Source: Macrostomum hystrix (taxonomy: Eukaryota > Animalia > Platyhelminthes). Taken from it: a DNA stretch of 64,000 nt. The notes under the pieces were generated by a model that did not search any database, was not told where the DNA came from, and saw only the letters and a program-made list of their open reading frames with translations. The stretch spans positions 744,001 through 808,000 of the forward strand of contig CATNEN010000025.1 of NCBI GenBank assembly GCA_950097015.1, read 5' to 3'. This document shows, one piece after another, positions 50,570-60,968 of this stretch. Positions within the stretch are counted from its first letter, which is position 1. Each line of letters opens with the position of its first letter. Made by a program: the position numbers and the translations under genes.

Positions 50570-53500
50570 ATGGTGTTATCACCGACTTTTGGCTGGCTGC
50601 CACTAATGCTGCCATTACTAGTCTCTCTACTCGTACCGCTGGCTCTGCTCCTATTGTCGCATTCTCCAGTGCCGGCAGTTGGGATCAACCTGCCAGACAG
50701 GTTGCTGTGCGCCGATAAGCACTGTTGGAAACCTGTTAGTACAGCGCGTGTCTTAAACACGGCCAATGCTGTCCACGGTGATTTGCGCAGTGTCAGTGCC
50801 GGGTCCAGAGTACAAGTGCTTGGCAAAGAGGTTGGCAACAGCTTGGATAGGCAGACCCTTTGGCTAATTAAGTATAACGATGTTGTCGGCCTATTCGACA
50901 AGTCCTTCTTTAAAGAGCTTGTTAAGCAGTATGAACCTGACGAACTATTGCATGTGACTTATCCGCCCAGTTCGATGGATGACGACAACGACGACGATGA
51001 TGAAACGGAAGTTAAACCGGAAAGACCTCCGCCACGCCCGGCTGGCAGTCCGGATGTGCCACCTCCGGCGCATGGTACGCATACTTCACCTAAAAATGAT
51101 GAGACAGAAACAGCTTCGGATGTTAAAACTCAGGCTCCGTCTGCACCTAATACCGCCGCTGTAACAGCGAATGATACTGGAATGCCTGAGATTGGCGGCT
51201 CATCTGAGACAAAAGCCGATGATAACAAGCTAACAGGGGACAACAATAAAGATGGTGCGGCTAACACCGATGCAGGCTCATCTGCTGACGACAAGAAGAA
51301 TAAGACTGAAACTCAGGCCGCAGATAAAGACTCATCTGCTGACGATAAGAAAAATAAGGCTGAAACTGAGGCCGAGGATGCAGCTTTATCTGCTGACGAC
51401 AAGAAGGATAAAGCTGAACCTCAAGCCGCTGATACAGCTCCATCTGCTGACGACAAGATGGATAAGGCTGAAACTCGGGCCGATAATTCATCTACATCTT
51501 CTGTTGAAGAGAAGGATGAGGCTGAACCTGAAGCCGCTGATACAGCATTATCTGCTGACGACAAGAAGGATAAAACTAAACCTCAAGCCGCTGATACAGC
51601 TCCATCTGCTGACGACAAGATGGATAAGGCTGAAACTCGGGCCGATAATGCATCCACATCTGCTGAAAAGAAGGATGAGGCTGAACCTCAAGCCGCTGAT
51701 ACAGCATTATCTGCTGACGACAAGAAGAATAAAACTGAACCTCAAGCCGCTGATACAGCTCCATCTGCTGACGACAAGAAGGATAAAGCTGAACCTAAAG
51801 CCGCTGATGCAGGTCCATCTGCTGACGACAAGAAGGATAAGGCTGAACCTAAAGCCGCTGATGCAGGTCCATCTGCTGACGACAAGATGGATAAGGCTGA
51901 ACCTAAAGCCGCTGATGCAGGTCCATCTGCTGACGACAAAAAGGATAAGGCTGAACCTAAAGCCGCTGATGCAGGTCCACTTGCTGACGACAAGAAGAAT
52001 GAGGCTGAAACTCGGGCCGATGATGCAGCTACATCTTCTGCTGAAAAGAAGGATAAGGCTGAACCTCAAGCCGTTGATACAGCTCCATCTGCTGACGACA
52101 AAAAGGATAAGGCTGAACCTCAAGCCGCTGATACAGCTTTATCTGTTGACGACAAGAAGGATAAAGCTGAACCTCAAGCCGCTGATACAGCTCTATCTGT
52201 TGACGACAAGAAGGATAAGGCTGAAACTCAGGCCGTTAACGAGCAGTTTGTGAGCCAGCCGTCAGGCCAGCCGTCAGGCCAGCCGTCAGGCCAGCCGTCA
52301 GGCCAGCCGTCAGGCCAGCCGTCAGGCCAGCCGTCAGGCCAGCCGTCAGGCCAGCCGTCAGGCCAGCCGTCAGGCCAGCCGTCAGGCCAGCCGTCAGGCC
52401 AGCCGTCAGGCCAGCCGTCAGGCCAGCTGAAGCCTGCAGATCTTAAGCTGCATTCATCTCAAGAATCTTCATCGGCCAGCGCCTCTCAGAAGGCTCACCC
52501 TGAGTTGCCCAAAACTGAAGATCAGCGAAAAACTCCGCAAGTTGATGCAGACGCCAATAAATTGCTGACTCCGGCGCCACAAATAGGAAAACCGACTATT
52601 TCAACCACACCACAGCAGGCTCAAGCAGCTATCGAGTCGCCCAAACCGAATGCTGATTCAATGTCAAACGCTTCGGCAGATACAAAGGAAGACGAAACAT
52701 CCCCGTCACCTAGGCCGCAATCAGACGCAGCTGGACCGCCTGCGGCAGACGCGCATACATCCTCATCTCCGTCAGCTTCGATGGATCCAAACAATAAAGC
52801 AGCCGATCACGGCATTGATCCAAGTCGCTACACTCGAACTGACGCGCCCGAGCAGCGCCAGCCGCCGAAGGAGTCGGAAAATGCATCCTCAGAGGATAGC
52901 GCCATCGATTTAGAGAAGGATAGCGACGCTGAATTAGATACTAAACAACGCTGTATAACTTGGCTGTCTAGTCAGTATCCGGCTGTCGGACTGGTCAAAG
53001 CCGGGGTTGATGCCGCTTCGCCAATGGTGCCAGTGTGGCTAGTTCAGCTGGTTGAAGCTGTGCCAATGTCTTCCTGGCTACCAATGAGCGCCAAGAGTCA
53101 AGCTCTGGCCCTGCTAACTTTAGTATTGATGCTGTCAGTCTCAGTGCTAGCTAAATGCTGCCTGTTTAGGCGCGACTGGCGTAGCGAATGTCAAGGCGCT
53201 ATGGCTTTAAAGCGACGCTTAGAGGAGCAACTGGGGGAGAAAGATGCGTTGAATGGCCGACTAGCCGAAGATCTTTCCGCGGCCAGGGCGGAAGCAGCTG
53301 GCGCAGCCGGAGGCGAAGCTGACTGGCGGGGTCGAATGCAGGCGGCTAGGGCCGACTGGGAGGCGGAGCGTGCCCAGCTGCGCAGTCAGAGGGCCGATGC
53401 CGAACGGCGCATTGGCGAGTTGGAGGCTCGGGCGAACGATTTGGAGGCTAAATTTATGACTGAAGCTGAGCGAGGCGAGAGAGAACGACTAGATGCGGCT

Positions 53501-55749
53501 GCCAAGGTGGCCGAGTTTGAGAAGGTGAGAAATTCGGATAATTTCTGACATTCCAACGTCGAATAAATTCGAATAATATCGAATTTTTAAACACAGGCCA
53601 CTTGATACGAATATTGACCACAAACAACTTGCACAACTAAACAACTCAATGACTTACCGACCAAACCCACACTCTGACACACTCAAACGTGCCAAACCCA
53701 CCTTCTGACACACCTACTAATCATTATTGACACAGAGATCAAAACCTGACACCTGACGACGCACAGACCAATCCCATCCACTGACACTGACCAATCCCAT
53801 CCACTGACACAGACCAATGCCTTCCACTGACACTGACCAATCCCATCCATTCAACATCCATCCGTAACACAGGAGCTGGAGTCCGCCCGGGCTGAGCAGC
53901 AGCGCCTGTACACTCAGGCCTCCGAGTACTACAGCCGGATGACCGACATGCAAGCTGAACTAGACCGAGTCAATCAGGAATCTGAGAGGTGCCGCACGGA
54001 GAACGCAACGCTGAAGCAATCTCTCGACAGTTTCTTAGCCAAGCTGGGTTCGGATTTCGCCCAAGGCGAGCGCGACGACGACAAGGAGAGCGAAGCCGAC
54101 GCTGATGAGTCAGCTGACGGCGAAGATGACGCTGATCAGCGCGACGCGCCGGACGGCGGCGAGAACGGCGGCGAGGATGACAACGACGACAATCAAGTGA
54201 AATCTCGCCGTCGACGTCAGGAGCGAAAGCGACGCGAGCGTCAACAGGCGCAGGAGCGTCGACGCGAACTAGTTGGCCGGTTACTGGACGCCGAGGCGGC
54301 TAGACGCGAATTGGACGAGCTGCGATCGCGCCACGATCAGATTGAAAGCCACGCCAGAGCTGAGACTCAGAGCCGGCTAGAGCTTGAGAACGAACTCAGC
54401 GCGGTGCGCAGCGAGCAGGCCACTCTGCGCGAGGATCGCGACAAGGCCTGCACCCAGCTGGAGGTTTGAGCACCGTGCCTCCAGTGTCCCTTCAACAAAT
54501 CCTTCAGTGTCCTTTCCCCCACTCCTCCAGTGTCCCTTCACCAAATCCTTCAGTGTCCTTTCCCCCACTCCTCCAGTGTCCCTTCACCAAATCCTTCAGT
54601 GTCCTTTCCCCCACTCCTCCAGTGTCCCTTCCTCTACTCCTTCAGTATCCTTTCCCCCCACTCCTTCAGTGTCACTTCCTCTACTCCTTCAGTATCCTTT
54701 CCCCCCACTCCTTCAGTGTCCCTTCCTCTACTCCTTCAGTGTCCTTTCCCCCACTCCTTCAGTGTCCCTTCCTCTACTCCTTCAGTATCCTTTCCCCCCC
54801 ACTCCTTCAGTGTCCCTTCCTCTACTCCTTCAGTATCCTTTCCCCCCACTCCTTCAGTGTCCCTTCCTCTACTCCTTCAGTGTCCTTTCCCCCACTCCTT
54901 CGGTGTCCTTTCACCCACTCCTTCAGTGTCCTTTCACCCACTCCTCCAGTGTCCTTTCCCCCACTCCTTCAGGTTCTGCGCGAGTACTTCAAAGAACGCG
55001 AGCGCGACTGGCAGCGCCGCCTCGGCCAGGAGGAGCTGACCAGACAGTCCGACGCCAGCGCCACAGCCACGGCCCAGCAGCGTCTAGAAGAGCAGCGCGC
55101 CGAGATTGACCAGCTCCGCACCCGTCTGGAAGCCACCCAGGCCGAGCTGACGGAGGCCGAACGGGTGCACCGGCGCCGCATCAACGATCTGGAGAAGCGC
55201 TCGCACGAGTCCTGGCTAGCTGCCAAATCAGCCGAGCGTCAGCTCAGCGAGGTTAAAGACGACAACGCTGCTCTGCGGGCCAAGCTGACCTCCCTGGGCA
55301 GCCGGCCTCCGCCTGGGCTGCCAAATTTCGGCTCCTTCGGCATCCCCGGAGCTCCTGTTGCGGGCGCTGGAGCGGCCGGCGGTGGTCGACCGAGTTCCCG
55401 CTCCTCTGTCGGATCGGATCGGCGCGCGGTTCCACCGATGCTGCCGCCGCCGCCGCCTCCGCCGATCATGCCAATGATGATGTCGTCACCGAACATGCCG
55501 AAGCCGCCGCCGCCACTGCCGATGCCTATGCTGCCGCTACCGCCGCAAATGCTTGCTACATCATCCTCTGCTAGTTTTCACCTGTCGCCCGGCAGTGGCG
55601 CAGGATCAGCGGCTTCTGCGTCACCGGCGCCTCCTTATCAACAGCAACAGCAGCAGCAGCAGTATCCGCCAATTATCCCTGCAGCCGCTATTAGAACTGC
55701 CGCCGGAAAAGCCCCACGTCGCGGAGGTGGCAACAATGCGAATCGATGA
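50570..55749 (+). CDS. MIA3: TANGO1/MIA3 ER-exit-site cargo receptor, about 1440 aa; exons 50570-53524, 53873-54463, 54973-55749
   Basis: Signal peptide, MIA/SH3-like domain (DRLLCADKHCWKPVS.AR...G.F.K), long acidic lumenal region, paired hydrophobic/TM segments, coiled coil, LE|VLREYFKERE and LEKRSHESWLAAKSAERQL.E...DNA.LR.KL motifs, Pro-rich tail. All junctions are phase 0. The frame is open upstream to 50414, but the first ATG is at 50570. Confidence 0.9.
53765..53850. repeat. Four 23-bp units (GACCAATCCCATCCACTGACACT) in TANGO1 intron 1
   Basis: GACCAAT at 53766, 53789, 53812 and 53835. Confidence 0.9.
54476..54972. repeat. About 23-bp array (CCACTCCTTCAGTGTCCTTTCCC family, dimeric) making up almost all of TANGO1 intron 2
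   Basis: CAGTGTCC at 54482, 54505 and 54528; the last unit supplies the CAG acceptor at 54970-54972. Confidence 0.93.
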
Positions 55750-58052
55750 CGAGACTTTCTGGTGTGGCGGAAACAATCAATTTCCCGGGTCTTCTACTTT
55801 TTTGCTGGCTTATTAATTTTATTTTTGGTTTATTTTTGACAATATTGGAAAGCCATCGAGCAGGCCTTTCAGTTTTTGTTGGCAATTAAAAGATACCTGC
55901 TCATCGACTGCACACTTTCACTTATTTCAATGAGAATTACTGGTTCATATTTTATAAGTGAATTTGCATATTCTGCCTCCAATTATTGCTAATTAATGCC
56001 GTCTCCAAGACCTTCAATTCTGAAATAATGGACTTACCTTGACGATTGTTCCTTGCCCTGCTGGACGAGCCACTGAACGCCAGATTATATATTATTAAAA
56101 TTAGTATGCAAAGGTTATTATTCCGTGTAGTCAGAGTTCCCGTGCACAATACAAATCGAGTTAGTTGTCTGCTCATTTTTGTGCCGCATTATTGATTTCA
56201 TTTTCTGTTTCTTATTTGGAGTTCTAAATTAGTCTCTCTATAATTATCTCACCTTCTTTCTCGCTGTCGCCTATCATTCCGAGCTGTCAATCATTGGAAT
56301 GCTCCAACTCCGCTGTCTATCGCAATCGATATTTATTCAGTTTTGTGTCTGTATTTTTCTTCGTGTTCTAATTAAAAATTTGAATTTATGGGTAGCCAGA
56401 CATTGTTTTGTGATTGCTTCTGCTTGCTTAATTCTGTTTGTTTGTTTTGTTGGTTCCGCTTGTTTGCTTGATTGCTTGTTTAATTTATTGTTTAATTTAT
56501 TTCTTCCTTCTTAATATTTTGTTGAATTTTCCTTAGCAACCCACAGTCTAGCCCTTAAAAAGCATTATAACATTAGTGTGCTGCCCTTCGGTGTTTGTCG
56601 CTTATAGCTAACTGCTCTCCCACATTGTTATGCACCCTCATATGTTCACTTTCTGGAGTTTATTGTTACTTTATATGTTATTTACTAATAAGAATAATAA
56701 AATACTGGTACATTTACATTGTAAGAGGGCTGATTCACGTTTAAGTTCAGTAAAGAGGTAAGATATGCGTTCAAATAAATGATTGATAGCTTTGATCAGA
56801 GTGCTTGTTCGCATTGTATTGTGTTGTCCTTCAGATTGAACTAAAACTGCACGAAATAATAATTCAGATTTTATGAATTTTAATTTAAATTATGCTTCTA
56901 TTGCGATACATAAGTAGATTCTGTCAGATCAGTGGCTATTGTCGAATCGATTCCGCGGCTCATTCAAAGGCTATGTACAACTGTTCAGTCCATGGACTTG
57001 GGGCGCCAAGCCTACCCAAATTTCTACTACAGCTAATACGTCTTACCTCTTGCTTAAGGCCGCATGCTTTACCATATTCTAGATTCGAACACCCGTCATC
57101 TCAGTCAGGAGTCCAAGGCTCTATCTACTGGGAATTGAAAACCTCCGTGCTTGCTAACTACTAAAAGTAGAGCATGCGCATCGTGTTCACTTAAAAGATT
57201 TGATGTACTAAACAAGAGAATGCACGTGTGATAACTACTCGTACGATGGCGATGACGATTTTTAAAGATTCCAACAAGAGGTGTTGTCACTTCACTTTAC
57301 TATTAGTAGTCTATGAGCGAGTAGTGTGTATTAGAGTTAATTTTATTTTGTGTAATATTTTCTTTGTTATGTACGAGTATATTCGCGATCTAATTATTTA
57401 TTGAAATTCATTACGATATTTTTCTCTGTTTCATGATGTCTCCACGATTCTAGTTTTAGGGCCCCTCGTATTTGTCTAGACCATCTGATGCAATTGTCTA
57501 GGTTGTTTTCGAGAAACAATCAGGCCTTTTGACCTTTAAAAGAAGAGGATAAGTGCATGAGCTACTGTGAGTAGCAAATCTGCTCCTTCTTTTTTACGAG
57601 AATTTGTAAAATACAAATTCTATGGTCATTTTCACGTTATTTTCGACTAATCGGTTTTGAAACCATGTTTCGCCGTTCACTTTCAGTAAAATTGGTTTTA
57701 AAGTCATCCTCTTAATGTCCATACCGATTAGTTCCTAACAACTTCGGTATTTTCACTGGCAAAATGATAGAATTGATTTTCTGTTGCTTCTGGCAAATAG
57801 AAGGTGTGCGCACTTTCTGCAACCATTTGCTGTCTTAAATTCAAAGCCTTGTACTGAGAGAAGCATCGACTTTCTTCTCATTGTGGTCGCCATGCTTTTG
57901 GCTTTTCAAACAGGAAATATTCTATTTTGAAAGAACCTGCACTGTGTTCTTAGAAAGATAAAACTTTATTTCATATTACACAAGCTTTGAAAACACTAAG
58001 TTTGTTAAAAAGTATGACAAAATAATTTCATTTCCTCGCATTCTTTTCAAAG

Positions 58053-60968
58053 GTGTTGATACCGCAGAAAAAACTAAGACCTGTTACCATATTTGGTAAT
58101 GGTAGAATTGCAGAGAATCTGCAGAGAATCGCAGCTGTGACAGACCAGAGAATTGCGGCTGTGACAGACCAGAGAATTGCAGCTGTGACAGACCAGAGAA
58201 TCGCAGCTGTGACAGACCAGAGAATCGCAGCTGTGACAGACCAGAGAATTGCAGCTGTGACAGACCAGAGAATTGCGGCTGTGACAGACCAGAGAATTGC
58301 AGCTGTGACAGACCAGAGAATCGCAGCTGTAACAGATCAGAGAATTGCAGCTGTACCAGATCAGAGAATTGCAGCTGTAACAGATCAGAGAATCGCAGCT
58401 GTGACAGACCAGAGAATTGCAGCTGTGACAGACCAGAGAATTGCAGCTGTGACAGACCAGAGAATTGCGGCTGTGACAGACCAGAGAATTGCAGCTGTGA
58501 CAGACCAGAGAATCGCAGCTGTAACAGATCAGAGAATTGCAGCTGTAACAGATCAGAGAATTGCAGCTGTAACAGATCAGAGAATCGCAGCTGTGACAGA
58601 CCAGAGAATTGCAGCTGTGACAGACCAGAGAATTGCAGCTGTGACAGACCAGAGAATCGCAGCTGTGACAGATCAGAGAATTGCAGCTGTGACAGACCAG
58701 AGAATTGCGGCTGTGACAGATCAGAGAATTGCAGCTGTGACAGACCAGAGAATCGCAGCTGTGACAGATCAGAGAATTGCAGCTGTAACAGATCAGAGAA
58801 TTGCAGCTGTAACAGATCAGAGAATCGCAGCTGTGACAGACCAGAGAATTGCAGCTGTGACAGACCAGAGAATTGCAGCTGTGACAGACCAGAGAATCGC
58901 AGCTGTAACAGATCAGAGAATTGCAGCTGTAACAGATCAGAGAATCGCAGCTGTGACAGACCAGAGAATTGCAGCTGTGACAGACCAGAGAATTGCAGCT
59001 GTGACAGACCAGAGAATTGCGGCTGTGACAGACCAGAGAATCGCAGCTGTAACAGATCAGAGAATTGCAGCTGTAACAGATCAGAGAATCGCAGCTGTAA
59101 CAGATCAGAGAATTGCAGCTGTGACAGACCAGAGAATTGCAGCTGTGACAGACCAGAGAATTGCAGCTGTGACAGACCAGAGAATTGCGGCTGTGACAGA
59201 TCAGAGAATTGCGGCTGTGACAGACCAGAGAATCGCAGCTGTGACAGACCAGAGAATCGCAGCTGTGACAGATCAGAGAATTGCAGCTGTGACAGACCAG
59301 AGAATTGCGGCTGTGACAGACCAGAGAATCGCAGCTGTGACAGACCAGAGAGTCGCAGCTGTTACAGACCAGAGAATCGCAGCTGTGACAGACCAGAGAG
59401 TCGCAGCTGTAACAGACCAGAGAGTCGCAGCTGTGACAGACCAGAGAATCGCAGCTGTGACAGACCAGAGAATTGCAGCTGTGACAGACCAGAGAATTGC
59501 AGCTGTGACAGACCAGAGAATCGCAGCTGTGACAGATCAGAGAATTGCAGCTGTGACAGACCAGAGAATTGCGGCTGTGACAGATCAGAGAATTGCGGCT
59601 GTGACAGACCAGAGAATCGCAGCTGTGACAGACCAGAGAATTGCAGCTGTGACAGACCAGAGAATCGCAGCTGTGACAGACCAGAGAATTGCAGCTGTAA
59701 CAGATCAGAGAATTGCAGCTGTGACAGACCAGAGAATCGCAGCTGTGACAGATCAGAGAATTGCAGCTGTGACAGACCAGAGAATCGCAGCTGTGACAGA
59801 TCAGAGAATCGCAGCTGTGACAGACCAGAGAATTGCGGCTGTGACAGACCAGAGAATTGCAGCTGTGACAGACCAGAGAATCGCAGCTGTGACAGACCAG
59901 AGAATTGCAGCTGTGACAGACCAGAGAATTGCAGCTGTGACAGACCAGAGAATCGCAGCTGTGACAGATCAGAGAATTGCAGCTGTGACAGACCAGAGAA
60001 TTGCGGCTGTGACAGACCAGAGAATCGCAGCTGTGACAGATCAGAGAACTGCAGCTGTGACAGACCAAAGAATCGCAGCTGTGACAGACCAGAGAATCGT
60101 AGCTGTGACAGATCAGAGAATTGCAGCTGTGACAGACCAGAGAATCGCAGCTGTGACAGACCAGAGAATCGTAGCTGTGACAGATCAGAGAATTGCAGCT
60201 GTGACAGACCAGAGAATCGCAGCTGTTACAGACCAGAGAATCGCAGCTGTGACGGATCAGAGAATCGCAGCTGTGACAGACCAGAGAATCGCAGCTGTGA
60301 CAGACCAGAGAGTCGCAGCTGTGACAGACCAGAGAGTCGCAGCTGTGACAGACCAGAGAGTCGCAGCTGTGACAGACCAGAGAGTCGCAGCTGTTACAGA
60401 CCAGAGAATCGCAGCTGTGACAGACCAGAGAGTCGCAGCTGTGACAGACCAGAGAGTCGCAGCTGTGACAGACCAGAGAATCGCAGCTGTGACAGACCAG
60501 AGAATCGCAGCTGTGACAGACCAGAGAATCGCAGCTGTGACAGACCAGAGAATCGCAGCTGTGACAGACCAGAGAATCGCAGCTGTGACAGACCAGAGAA
60601 TCGCAGCTGTTACAGACCAGAGAATCGCAGCTGTTACAGACCAGAGAATCGCAGCTGGTACAGACCAGAGAGTCGCAGCTGTGACAGACCAGAGAGTCGC
60701 AGCTGTGACAGACCAGAGAGTCGCAGCTGTTACAGACCAGAGAATCGCAGCTGTGACAGACCAGAGAGTCGCAGCTGTGACAGACCAGAGAATCGCAGCT
60801 GTGACAGACCAGAGAATCGCAGCTGTGACAGACCAGAGAATCGCAGCTGTGACAGACCAGAGAATCGCAGCTGTAGGGTGTAATTTTTTAATCCACCTAA
60901 GGCCCTGTTGTTGCGACCCCAAATCCAGGCACACAGTGCGGGTCGCACCTTCCGCTAATCTCCTATAA
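58053..60968 (+). CDS. Probable coding exon: 23-aa leader + 114 x QRIAAVTD + short Cys-containing tail; no ATG
   Basis: Polypyrimidine tract and AG at 58051-58052 in phase 0; 114 units of exactly 24 bp (58122-60857) with no indels; frequent variants ATC/ATT, GCA/GCG, GTG/GTA/GTT and GAC/GAT are all synonymous in this frame. Confidence 0.55.
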   Translation: MLIPQKKLRPVTIFGNGRIAENLQRIAAVTDQRIAAVTDQRIAAVTDQRIAAVTDQRIAAVTDQRIAAVTDQRIAAVTDQRIAAVTDQRIAAVTDQRIAAVPDQRIAAVTDQRIAAVTDQRIAAVTDQRIAAVTDQRIAAVTDQRIAAVTDQRIAAVTDQRIAAVTDQRIAAVTDQRIAAVTDQRIAAVTDQRIAAVTDQRIAAVTDQRIAAVTDQRIAAVTDQRIAAVTDQRIAAVTDQRIAAVTDQRIAAVTDQRIAAVTDQRIAAVTDQRIAAVTDQRIAAVTDQRIAAVTDQRIAAVTDQRIAAVTDQRIAAVTDQRIAAVTDQRIAAVTDQRIAAVTDQRIAAVTDQRIAAVTDQRIAAVTDQRIAAVTDQRIAAVTDQRIAAVTDQRIAAVTDQRIAAVTDQRIAAVTDQRIAAVTDQRIAAVTDQRVAAVTDQRIAAVTDQRVAAVTDQRVAAVTDQRIAAVTDQRIAAVTDQRIAAVTDQRIAAVTDQRIAAVTDQRIAAVTDQRIAAVTDQRIAAVTDQRIAAVTDQRIAAVTDQRIAAVTDQRIAAVTDQRIAAVTDQRIAAVTDQRIAAVTDQRIAAVTDQRIAAVTDQRIAAVTDQRIAAVTDQRIAAVTDQRIAAVTDQRIAAVTDQRIAAVTDQRIAAVTDQRIAAVTDQRTAAVTDQRIAAVTDQRIVAVTDQRIAAVTDQRIAAVTDQRIVAVTDQRIAAVTDQRIAAVTDQRIAAVTDQRIAAVTDQRIAAVTDQRVAAVTDQRVAAVTDQRVAAVTDQRVAAVTDQRIAAVTDQRVAAVTDQRVAAVTDQRIAAVTDQRIAAVTDQRIAAVTDQRIAAVTDQRIAAVTDQRIAAVTDQRIAAVTDQRIAAGTDQRVAAVTDQRVAAVTDQRVAAVTDQRIAAVTDQRVAAVTDQRIAAVTDQRIAAVTDQRIAAVTDQRIAAVGCNFLIHLRPCCCDPKSRHTVRVAPSANLL
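58122..60875. repeat. 24-bp tandem array (CAGAGAATYGCRGCTGTDACAGAY)n, 114 full units plus a partial
   Basis: (60858-58122)/24 = 114 exactly. Confidence 0.99.

Noticed and set aside
58074-60934. Antisense Cys-rich (SLVCHSCD)n metallothionein-like ORF and (AAILWSVT)n ORF
   Set aside because: The common polymorphisms change residues in the Cys-rich frame (including C>R), but are silent on +; no comparable splice or start support for either ORF.
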